From NCBI GenBank assembly GCA_964187785.1, contig OZ076409.1, forward strand, positions 84,260,001 to 84,324,000: DNA of 64,000 nt, in the 5' to 3' direction. Of this stretch, positions 25,801 through 36,014 are shown piece after piece. The DNA is from Amphiscolops sp. MND2022 (lineage: Eukaryota). The notes beneath the pieces were generated by a model. It saw only the letters and a program-made list of their open reading frames with translations, did not search any database and had not been told where the DNA came from. Both the position numbers and the translations under genes were made by a program. How positions within the stretch are numbered: position 1 is the first letter of the stretch; each line of letters opens with the position of its first letter.

Positions 25801-26613
25801 GTCACTTCGCGAATGCATGCTCAATGCTTCAATTTGCAGCGATCTAGCTCTTTTTCTTGGATCTTGTCTTTCATCTGCGCTTCGACCATCGAGTTCCTTT
25901 TGCTCGTTGTCTGGTTCCGGTTCCTTTTGTGGTGAGGTACCATTTTTACTGGATTTATCTGCTGCTGAGTTTACACGAGCGTCTGCCAGTCTTTGTTCAG
26001 CGTCTTCAAGACTTCGCAAAATGGCTCCCTCGTCTCCTGACTTCAGCAGGGTTTCAATTTTTGTTTTGATATCAAACCTTTTCTGGAGCAATTCTTGACA
26101 TGCTGCAACATAATCATCTTCGTCGACAACTTTGCCATTTGTGATTGAATCTTCTCGCAACTGTTCGTTGCTAACCATTAGTCTATCAATAGCACGTTTC
26201 TTTTCGTCAAGATCCAAGTAATTTAGTATTTGATTTCCATCTTGCAATGTTGACTTCAGTGTTTTTACCCTTCCAACGCTAGAGCTTTGCTGCTGTAACT
26301 CAACAAATCGGCTCTGCATTGCTCTGTTCACTGCTGAGAACATTTCGGGAATCTGCGGTTGGTACTTGACTTTGATTGCATTTTCGACTGCCGTAATGAG
26401 CCGATCTCCCCTGTTTATGGCATCTGTTCGTCTTAGCAGTAAATCGGCTATCTGCTTGTCGTCAACATTGCTAGCTAGGTTCTCATCAGTTTCTTTGACA
26501 GTCTTACCGTGTTCGACAGCTGCATTCCAATAACTCAACGTTTGGGCTTTGTCAGCAGAGTTCTTCAGAAAGTTTTCGATTTTGCTGATATCTAACCGTT
26601 TAGGTTCTGCCAT
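22860..26613 (-). pseudogene. BEL/Pao gag-protease, disrupted
   Basis: LPKLKLAEFSGDP (DUF1759-like), triple Cys/His cluster (CFKCLSDAH...CGKPHHRLLH), protease ALCDSGAS, AVLTKLGWMLSGP. Broken by an in-frame stop at 24779-81, a frameshift near 23455 and an inverted duplication. Confidence 0.88.
25315..25789. repeat. Inverted duplication in BEL gag: ~223-bp arms, 28-bp spacer
   Basis: 25315-25537 is the reverse complement of 25566-25789 with about 9 differences. Confidence 0.93.
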
Positions 26614-26677
26614 TTCTTGACTTGATCAAAACAGTTCCCAAAGTCACAATTGTCAAAACTCCCAGAGTCGTCACAAA

Positions 26678-26821
26678 AGCCCAATCTCCCAGAGACACAA
26701 AGACCCAATCTCCCGGAGACACAATAGCCCAATCTCCCAGAGACACAATAGCCCAATCTCCCAGAGACAGAATAGCCCAATCTCCCAGAGACACAATAGC
26801 CCAATCTCCCAGAGACACAAA
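26678..26821. repeat. 24-bp minisatellite, 6 copies, in the BEL 5' leader
   Basis: Unit agcccaatctcccagagacacaat. Confidence 0.93.
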
Positions 26822-26925
26822 GTCAGAGACTCCAAGAATCAGACACTTGTTCTTTCTGGGCAATTTTCGCTGTTGTACACCAACGAGTCGTCTTCTTCTA
26901 GTCCGGGTCGTCCACCAACGGGTTG

Positions 26926-26942
26926 TCCGGGTCGGCGGACCA
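26926..26942 (-). promoter_or_regulatory. BEL primer binding site (tRNA-Tyr-like)
   Basis: Minus strand TGGTCCGCCGACCCGGA just inside the 5' LTR; similar to the tRNA-Tyr-type TGGTCCTTCGAGCCGG. Confidence 0.5.
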
Positions 26943-26944
26943 AA

Positions 26945-27869
26945 TTTAACGGCTGCTTGCCTTTATCCTGCGCTGAGGCTTGACAAGCTTTACGCCGCCC
27001 TGATCCGTTGCTTAGTGCTGTGGACCGTCACTAAACAATTCCTGGTTTTCTTGTTTTAAAGGACTGTATATTTTGGCTGGTGGGTCCGATGTGACCCGTG
27101 GAATCTCCTGCGATCCCTCCTTTCACTGAATTGGATCCGATGTGATCCTGCACACACTTCCCTCACAGTATCTTCACGCGCTCCGGCTCTCCGTACTATG
27201 AGAGTAGCTACTTAGTCGCTCTGACTCTAGCGAAAAGTTGTGAAGATTGAGAAGTTGATTAATTAGTCTCGCGGTCCTGAGACCCAACTTGACTATAGCT
27301 ATTCAGTGGAGAAAATAATCTCTATCTAATAATGGTATAAATGTGGTTTACAATTCTACAGTAAATATAGAGCGAATATAAGTTGAAATATGTGGTATAA
27401 ATAAATGACATTTAAGTGAATTATTAAAGTTATTAGCTATGTAAACAAAGCACATGGTGGTTTTAGCATGTTGGTTAGGTGGGTTAGAAGCATGTTTACA
27501 CAGTGTAAATATCATCAATTGCAACAGAGGCACATTCTAATGTGGTCATATAGGTAAATAACAAAGTTTACATTATTGGCATAATGACCTTGAACATCAC
27601 ACATGTGAGGGGTAAAGGGGGTTATAATGGGGGAATAACCTTGAAACTTAGCCGGTGTTTCCGTGTTAGGTCGTTGCATATGTGTGGCAAGTTTCGTGGT
27701 TCTACGACTTACAGATGTCGAGAAAATCCCGACTGGGGGGATTTTTCGATTTGGTTCCCCTTGACTTTTCATCAAAATTTCATCTAAGTTATAAAGTGTT
27801 TAAGTTCTTGTTTTTCAACCAACATGTTCTGAATCGAGTTTCTTTGCCTGTTGATGACTGGCGCCGACA
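26945..27869 (-). repeat. BEL/Pao 5' LTR
   Basis: Copy of 20857-21781 at offset 6088; inner terminus reads TT instead of TG. Confidence 0.9.
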
Positions 27870-28607
27870 AGGCTACTGCCTTTATGGGAACAGAGTTCAG
27901 ATAATTTAGAAACGAGCTAGGAACACGGCACGTAGTCTGCCCGGTACACGACCACCGGGAAAACGGAAAAGTGGCGAGATTGGTACGGACAAAAACCGAG
28001 AGGTTTAGAGCGAATCCCGAAATTCTAGTCGAGAAGCAGAACAAATTGTTCTATGAACTAATAAGCGCGCTAAAAATTAGTAAAGGAACGGACGGGAAAT
28101 CTTTCTTTGAGGGGCATATGGGTAGAAAGTTGAATTCTATTACATCAATAATTGTGCAATTGAATAAAAAGTTAAAAGATTCAGAATTCGACTGAACTGT
28201 GGATCTGGAAAGACTGGAAGACTTCCCGAGAGATGACCACAGCACCATCTTCGTATGAGACCGCCAAAAAATTTGCCAGGCTGTTCAAAAAAGGAAGAGG
28301 GAGAACCACCGACGAAATCAGCCACATTGTGAAGTACGTGCCTGCCGAAAAGACCAACGAGATCGTCTTGTCGGAAAAAGAAGTCGCTAGGGGTGAGAAA
28401 ACAAAGAGCAAGCAAGTAAAACCCAAGAAAGCCAAGCACAACGTTATGAAAGTGATAGACGAAGAATCACAAACTTGGCAGGTCTTTGCGGACCTGGAAG
28501 AAGAGGAACGTAACCGAGAGACTGCTGAAGACGACTCAACTGGACCAGAACGCACTAGGCGAACCCCCAAGGAATCAGATCGAAATAGGCTGCCAGTATA
28601 CATATGA
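27870..28607 (+). pseudogene. 3' part of element A integrase
   Basis: TAFMGTEF...HVVCPVHDHRENGKVARLVRT continues the integrase core interrupted at 20856. Confidence 0.8.
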
Positions 28608-28780
28608 GGAGTTACGAAGACTAAATTGAAGGAAACTCGGAAAAATTTTTCTTTCAAACTCCCTCCAGTTGCGATGTTTTGTTAATCTAATTTTTGTAAA
28701 TCTTATTTCGCTAATTTGTATATTCATGTTCGTATTACTGTATTATTGGAAGTTCCCAACCGTCAATTGCCGGTGGGGGA

Positions 28781-28942
28781 TGTGGTAGCGAGTAAACGAG
28801 CAACCATAGTGATGACAAAGTACCCGCCTGTTGAACAAATTGTTCAACCAAAAGATTGAACAGTACCATGGTGGTCTTAGCGAATTAACATACAGTCACC
28901 ACTTGAACATCATTTTTCACAAGCCTAGAGAACTCGGTTACA
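28781..28942 (+). repeat. 3' LTR of element A, preceded by PPT GGTGGGGGA (28772-28780)
   Basis: tgtggtagcgagtaaacgagcaacc...ctcggttaca. Confidence 0.85.
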
Positions 28943-29551
28943 CACTTAGATCCTTGTGACCTTGAGCAAGACACTGAAAAAAAATCTTCGAGCGACCATT
29001 TTTCGACAACTTGGCTGAAATTAGGATACCATAAGTTGTTTTAGGAAAATTAGTATCAGAGAAGGCTTAGAAAAGCAGAACAGTTCATTCGGTGTCCAGT
29101 CCGCGGTGATAGCGAAGTTTCAGCTGACTAGCGTGACCGTTGCCTGGAGACGAAAACAATGATACTCACACCATCTCTTATAGTTTACGATTTTAAAAAA
29201 GCTTCATATCATACTGGTCCTTTTGGATATTTGGAACAGTTCGATCCCAAATTTGCAGTCAATCGTTTCGTCACCTGATTTAATAAATAAATGAGGATAC
29301 AACACACCTTTTCATCATCTAGCTAAAGTGACTTTCATCCAGATGACCATGAGTCATAATTTTTTATACAAAACGTGATAACATTTTCATGAAAGAGTTC
29401 ATTTTTTTGCATCAAAAATTTTTGAAAGATATTGTTTCTTCGAAGTTATATGGAGCTATAAAGTGAACTATTCGGTTTTTAGTAATCATGTTGGGTGTTC
29501 GGCTTTTGAAAAAAAGCAAACTTCTCAATCTTCAAGCTCTCTATGACTCAC

Positions 29552-29735
29552 CATCTCTGACGTCATTCGGTATAGTGGTGGTAGTGTGGGACTTGAGAGC
29601 AGAAGGGTGAGAGCCTTCTTCTGACTTGTTCAAAGAGCTTGATGCGTTGGACTTCACGTGACCTCCTCCAAATGCCTCGTCATAGCTTTTCTTAGTCATT
29701 TTGGGCTGATCAGCTTCTGTGTCCCAGTGCATCAC
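29552..29735 (-). CDS. Host gene exon (VMHWDTEADQ...PNDVRD)
   Basis: ggtttcag| acceptor, |gtgagt donor, 184 nt, phase 0 to 1; phases match the exons on both sides. Confidence 0.75.
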
Positions 29736-31105
29736 CTGAAACCATTATTTCCAAATCAAATTATGTAAAGAAGGGGCTTTTTTTCACTGATGAGGTCTCA
29801 ATAATAGAAAGGGCGCTTATCAAAGAAACGTTTTCACATTTCAAAATTAGATGGAAATGTTTGGACATCTTTGGTCCCGCTGTGCTGCTCAGGATGGCGA
29901 ACTACTTGCTGAAAAAATTTTCCGTGGTTGGTAGCGATATAAATCAGGAACAAGTCAGCGATAAAAAATTAATATTCTGAGGACTCGATTTCCCATTGAG
30001 TGTTTTTGTTGAAAATGAAACAAACTCGTTGAAAATAAAACGAACTTTTGTTCGGAGAAGTGCACAAGTTAATCCCCTGCTAAAAGCGCACCTTGCAACC
30101 TCAGCTGAGAATCATTTTTTGAGTTTAATGACTGTTTTACACTGCTGAAGCCCCAAATAAATAGAGCAATCTGAACAGTGATGTTACAGTATGCTGCGAA
30201 GGGGGACTAGTGGCAGGTGAAGTATTAGTTTTCTGTGAGAGTTCCATCGAAGATAAGTTTCTATTGAAAAAGTATCGTTTCAGAAAAATATGTTGCTGCA
30301 TCAATGCAAATGACTACCTTCCGACTGTTTTTCCAAGATCAGAGATACAGAAGACGTTCAGATCTACTCGCGATATCAATTAGATGAAAAACGTATTAAA
30401 TTATCAAACAACAAGTGACCGGAGAACTATACTTTTGTAACGACCGGCTAGCGACGCACATCTAGGAAGAGGGACAATGCCTAGGGTGCTAAAACAGGAG
30501 ACCGTTGTCTTACTACAGCCCTAGGCACTAGTTTTTAATCCCTAAATGGTCTCCAAGGGGGACTTTTCTATCGTCTAAGGAGGCTTCTCTAGTTAGAGCT
30601 CCGAAGCGACGCGCCGGCACTCTCAAAGTCCGGACACGGCCCAAAAGCCTGCAAAAACGTTCCCTAAGGTTTCTAGTGCGTTCCTACGAGTTCCTACATG
30701 CTTCCGAGGTCAAAAACGGTGATTAGCTGGAAAACATAGTATTTGGCAAATAAGATATAAAAAGACTTAGAAGGTCAAACATCTTCCAAGTACCAAAGGG
30801 GAAATATTAAGGGAAAACGGGGATAAGCCCCAGTTACTTTGCAGTTTTCAAGCCATCGTTCGAAATATGTCTCTGACAATCTTCATCGGATGTTGCTAAT
30901 TTCCATTGGAGATGGCACAATATTCCGATAATCGCTGTCTTGATGTTTTTCGATCTTCTTGCATTCTTTCATCATTTTCTGCAATTTTCCTGACACGTGC
31001 TCTATTTCTTGCTCGCTCTCCGCGTGTTCTCTTTTTTCTTTCACGCTTTTGGTACCTGTTAGGTCGCCCATCTTTTTTCTTCTATTTTGACATCGCACAT
31101 TTCGA

Positions 31106-31159
31106 ATTTTTCATCGAAATTTTGGTCATGCCGGCATGACCAAAATTTCGATGAAAAAT
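31106..31159. repeat. 54-bp perfect palindrome
   Basis: 27-bp arms centred on GCC|GGC. Confidence 0.95.
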
Positions 31160-31161
31160 AG

Positions 31162-31260
31162 CTCAAAATAGCTGATGGAAGGCGACCTGTAACAAAGGAA
31201 CAAATGTAACGGTTACATTTGTTCCTTTGTTACAGGTCGCCTTCCATCAACTATTTTGAG
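31162..31260. repeat. 99-bp palindrome (49-bp arms, 1-nt spacer, 1 mismatch)
   Basis: ctcaaaatagctgatgg...tgtaac G gttaca...ccatcaactattttgag. Confidence 0.95.
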
Positions 31261-31262
31261 TA

Positions 31263-31629
31263 CTAGTTATTCTGACAGATTTGGTGGGGGTGAAAAATTC
31301 CTTTTTTTCGCTCTCTTAGGACGGCTAAATTTTTAGTTGTATTTCCTCCATTTCTGGTCTTTAGAACTTTTAACAATTCCTTTCGGGATTCTACAAGTAG
31401 ACCATTAAGTTCGGACGTCATTTCTTCTTTCAGGGACGCCCTCGCCTTCTCCAGTTCGGTACGCTCAACTCTAGGGGATTTTGGGCGACAAGCGCACTCA
31501 AGCATGATGTCCTGTTCACCTAGATCTACATCTTCGACCAAAACTGTGGAAACTATAATTGAACTTACAATCTCAGTGTTGAACAACCTCCTGTTGAACA
31601 GTGTTTTTCTTTTGACTTCTAATTGACAT
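31263..31629 (-). pseudogene. Relic of an LTR-encoded gag N-terminus-like ORF
   Basis: Starts MSIRSQKK (ATG at 31629) and shifts frame into ...LEKARASLKEEMTSELNGLLVESRKELLK; same basic-then-helical layout as 2874-3222. Confidence 0.4.
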
Positions 31630-32771
31630 CTTGAATGAAAACAAATTTTGAAAAAGAATTCAAGTTTATTTTGATGTTTTGCGTCTTTAGTCGCAACTTT
31701 AGAAACAATTGAAATCAGTTGAAACGGTTGAGTTCAATGGATAATTTACAAAGTTAAAGCTATAATACCTTCCTAGCATCATCTGTTCAAATGCACGTAC
31801 CCTAAATTTCCTCGAGATATGAGTCAGATCGATTACTTTTATGACGAAATTCTTTTGATAGTTCGATCTACCTCGACCTTTTGTTAATTTTAACAACATC
31901 CCCATAGTTAGATCAGTCTTAGTCGTCATTCATCGTCAAACCTTTTCGCTCCGGTATTGTATTATTTTCTTGGAGCAGGAAGATGATTTTACTTCGTTTC
32001 GTTAACCAGGGAATGCTACTTAAATTCTCACTAAGATTTCCTGTTTTGCCACTTGAAATGGAGCAAGACGTGAACAACTATCGTTCATTGCCACTATGGC
32101 CTCGGCCACTATAATATTATGGTTCCAGGGTGACTTTTCTCTGGATAATCTGTGATTCGAGATTGATCATTGTGAGATCATAGGCAATGATTTGTATGAT
32201 TTGTATTATGACATATACAATTAGAGTTTGATCAACTGGTTGGGAATCCCGGTTGTTCACACAAACAATGTCCCCAAACAACATGGCGGCAAAACTCAAC
32301 AACTTACAACAAGAGCTCGGTTTCAATTCTGTTGACGTTTTCATACAATCAACTTTTTCTCAACTTGAGAGGTCCTCATGGGTTTGTGCTTGGTACTACT
32401 TTTTCCATTTTGTTTTTCACCATATACTTCTTCCAGGACGGATGTTTGATTCTAGCCAGTGTTTAGTGAAAGCCGCAGCTTCGACTTTCAATATCTAGCA
32501 GTTCAAATGAAAGAAACACTGCCACATGAAGATGCTGCATTTTCGCATTCAGAAGCGGACGCATTTTTGGTGCGTTTCCGTAGTCTAAAGTTCTTGTCGT
32601 TTCGAACGCATTTTGTATCTTATTCTATATTCAAAAGTTTTTTTACTATAAGCGCTCCATTTCAAAATACCTTCGATGAACTTTTTTGATACAGTGTTGA
32701 AGAATGACCGCTGCTCGAACATGAGCCGAGCCATACCGTTTTCATCAAGTAGTTCAATTTATTCTCCTATT

Positions 32772-33443
32772 TTAGCTACATTTAGTTTCGAGACCTTTCC
32801 ACGTTACTTCATTCTCTTTATTAGGTTTTGGTTCTGTTTTACACAACATTAGGTTCTTGTCGTAAGCATTTGACTCTACTACGCCATCATTTTGGCGGTT
32901 ACAATTAGGCTTACTAGTTGAACTGTCTTTAGGGTTACTATTTTGCAGTCCTTCGGGATTTATTTCCGGTCTCTCGGACGAAACGTTCCATCTATTCTGA
33001 GTCGAGTGACCCGATCCGGCACTTAGAGCAGATTGAATCTGGGGCAATACCTGATTGCTAATTGCGTCGCTAATTGCCTTTTGATTTTGGGAATTGACAC
33101 TACACATCATATCATCGAGTTCTCTCGACAGCCTCGAGTTCAACTCGCTTGACAATTTGTTAATTTCAGCACTAGAATTACCTTCTGTTGAAATCTGGCC
33201 ATAATCGGCATTATAACTAGGACCTGTGTCCCTTATGGCTGAGTACCTGTTTCCACCATTATTCTCTAATTCATCTGCAGAAGTACTGCCAGGCCTTCTG
33301 CCAAAATTGCTACTTACACTTTCATCTCTCTCATTTCTATTGAAATGGTTTTCCCCTAACATAATATCAAGGTTTTCAATGTCAGACAGCATTTCTATTC
33401 CTCTTGACTTTCTAGCCTTTTTCTGTCTTCTTGTAGTAGGCAT
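32772..33443 (-). CDS. Gag N-terminal ~195 aa duplicated in the 3' LTR, reading on into flanking DNA
   Basis: Matches the gag at 47564 up to ...SNAYD, then diverges exactly at the LTR edge; expression unknown. Confidence 0.6.
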   Translation of the reverse strand: MPTTRRQKKARKSRGIEMLSDIENLDIMLGENHFNRNERDESVSSNFGRRPGSTSADELENNGGNRYSAIRDTGPSYNADYGQISTEGNSSAEINKLSSELNSRLSRELDDMMCSVNSQNQKAISDAISNQVLPQIQSALSAGSGHSTQNRWNVSSERPEINPEGLQNSNPKDSSTSKPNCNRQNDGVVESNAYDKNLMLCKTEPKPNKENEVTWKGLETKCS

Positions 33444-34381
33444 TAAGAATTCGAGGTTGAATAATTTATTGGTGATCTAAGTTTTACAATCTATAAGAGC
33501 AAAACAAACTGAGTGAGAGTATCATAAAGAAAGTTGTTTCCACCTCTCGGAACAGGTAGGTATATATACTTCCGAGAGAATGGAATTTACATATTTTGAT
33601 ATAATACCCGCAATTTACAAATTCCTTAAGTCACGAGGTTAAGGCACAACACTGGTTAAAATGAGGCGGTTAGTACCTTATCAAAGAACTCTAGGAATTC
33701 ATACTTGTTAGGGTCACGAAGTTAAATCCTTCCATTCGGAAACATCAACAATATTACTACATATCATCATAGTTGAGTGGCATCGGCAACAAACATCAAA
33801 CAAATAACATAACGCAACTATCTAAAGAATGTCCATCACGGAATGCTGCCACGTGCCTGCGAATGCCGGCCGTTGCAGCAAACGAGTATCTTTGACGTAA
33901 ATCATGAAGCAAAACACAACATGTCCTAAATCGGCCATCTGCCTAGTATTCCAACTAATTTAATGCACCATTAGGACAAACGGCCATATCCGGCCAATTG
34001 ATTAAAGCAGTATAGCATCATGAAATACTTGAATATGATTGGTTGGTACATTAAGTTCAAGTGACGCTGTCGGACTGAAAGCTACGTACACTCGAACTCG
34101 TTTCCTTTAAGCCGTTTAGTAGCTTGCGTTGAACTACAATTTATACTGAGCATCGTTATTTTACAACTTGCAACTTCATTTGTCTAATGTATTATTAGCA
34201 GACTAATACGCATTGTATCATAATAAAAATGTAATTGATCTAGGCAAACATAAATATTGGGAGTGAGTTTTTAGAGTTTAGCGTAAACCTGTTCAAAATG
34301 TTGGTAGGGTTCCGGGAATTATCTCTTGACTGGCTGCAGAAGTCGTTATTAAAGTGCCATCACAGGCGGCAACCTGCGACA
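32858..34381 (-). repeat. 3' LTR of element B (1524 bp)
   Basis: Near-identical to 46979-48519. Confidence 0.95.
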
Positions 34382-35079
34382 CTGCGGGTGTTATGAATAG
34401 AAAAGAGCCGGCATTCAGTCCGTTCTCGTAGGCCTCTCTCCTAATTCTCGTTATGTAATCTGGTTCTCCTCGTGGTTTAGATCTCTCAACGTACCAGTCC
34501 ACCTTTTCCTTTTTTGATTGCCTCCACTGACCTGCCGCAGACCATACAGCCAGAATACAGCTTCGTACTGACGTTTTCATAGGGTCTTGTATTCTGCACA
34601 TGATAAGAGGCGTGAAAACCCCCCATTACTGGCTGCATAATAGGAGTGTCTGAGCTAGGCCCCCTCTCTTGTTCAGGGGGTGACATTGGTGTGTCTGGGA
34701 TTGGCAACAAGGTTTTGCAGATTTCTATGCGCGATTTTCCTGCTTTTTTCGGCGGGGCGTAACACATTTCTTTGTCGAAATACCTGTGGTCCAATTTTGG
34801 GGTAATATCAGTTCGTACTTGAGCCGAACTTGGCCCAGCTTCTAGTTCGTCTTCCACGGGTTCGTCCACAGTCATGATCCTGCCTGCTATTAGCATGGGA
34901 CTTGACGTGACTTCTCTTTCGATCCTTGCCACGAGCTGCTCTGTATCCGTGGAGCAGTCTGTTTCCCAGTCAGATGATTCGTCTTCGTCACTAGATATGT
35001 AGATGACGGATCTTTCGGAGTCATCAGAGTCCCATTCTTCTAAGCCAAACAGTTTCCTTGAAAGGTTAAATTTGCTCAT
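34293..35079 (-). CDS. Extra ORF X of element B (~260 aa if one frameshift in an A-run near 34510 is repaired): acidic, SIM-like motif, CxxC
   Basis: ORFs 34486-35118 and 34293-34601 join as ...CMVCGRSVEAIKKEKVDWY... by removing one A; motif SVIYISSDEDE; stop lies inside the 3' LTR. Confidence 0.65.
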
Positions 35080-36014
35080 TATAATTTTCTTGGCAATTTT
35101 CGAAGCTAGCTGAGTCAACAGTTTGTCGATGAAATATGAGATAGAATGAATATATCAATTTTGGGAGATTAGCCGAGTTCGGCCTTTTTCCCGACAATCC
35201 GTTCTGGCGGTAGAATTCCTCGGTTGATTCTCCCAATCCGACGTAAACATTTCTGAATGGAATTCCATAATTAGTCGGCTATCTTTGATGATTCAATGTT
35301 TACCCCTCTTCAGCAACACCGCTTGGAGAGGTGTGAATAACACTCAAGTTGTTAAAACCAACTTCATGATTTTCAAGTGGGTAATTAACAGGTCGCCTGA
35401 AGGTAATTAGCGGAGCGCGCCGTAACTTCTTCTTAACATGGCGTTAACCAATCAGATTCTTCCGTAGATAAAATGAAAAATTAATAAATAAAATGGCGGA
35501 AAATACTAATTCCGAATATTCCAAAATGGCGAATTTCTAACTAAGGGTAAATAAGGGCAACTGAACAAAACGGCAAAACAACACGGGGCAAACGGCCATA
35601 ACCGGCCTCTAATTAAGTAAGCTGTAAATAACAAAGATTTTCGTACACTTCGCTGGCAGACTCCATGTACAGAATAAATATGTAGATAATCCATAATATT
35701 AGTCTGGTAATAATCTTCAGCCACGAACTCCAACTTTCCAATTCCTATCTGATTCCAATTCCATTTAAATTGCGTTTATATTCTTGTCATACTTCCTTTT
35801 ACGTCATTCTCCAGCCTCCACCTTCATTGCTGACAAACTGTTCTCCCTTAGACGGAGTTGTCTGGGCCTCTTTCTCATCCAACAACCACGTTATCTTCTG
35901 ATCTGTCTGTCCACTGCCAATTTGGATTTTCCTTTTGACTCATTTGGTTTCAGTCTTTCTCCGCATCACTCCAGACCGAACAAGGGCCTTTTCCAAGAAG
36001 GGAACCATAGCAAG

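Larger units (their letters stand above)
20857..27869 (-). mobile_element. Non-autonomous BEL/Pao LTR element nested in the integrase of element A
   Basis: 925-bp near-identical LTRs; AGGCT TSD (20852-56 and 27870-74) splitting the host motif TDQA/TAF; BEL-type gag and protease; no RT. Confidence 0.9.
17182..28942 (+). mobile_element. Old Ty3/Gypsy LTR retrotransposon (element A), interrupted by a BEL/Pao insertion
   Basis: Diverged ~165-bp LTRs TG...CA, PBS and PPT, domain order PR-RT-RH-INT; flanks CAGTC/CACTT match at 3 of 5 positions. Confidence 0.9.

Noticed and set aside
26678..26821. Possible CRISPR array
   Set aside because: Units are contiguous with no unique spacers; eukaryotic retroelement context; no cas genes.
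26622..27059. 145-aa ORF with AQSPRDTI repeats
   Set aside because: Translation of the 24-bp minisatellite, antisense to the element.
30436..30900. Possible additional LTR fragment starting TGTAACGACC
   Set aside because: No partner LTR, TSD or defined end within the window.
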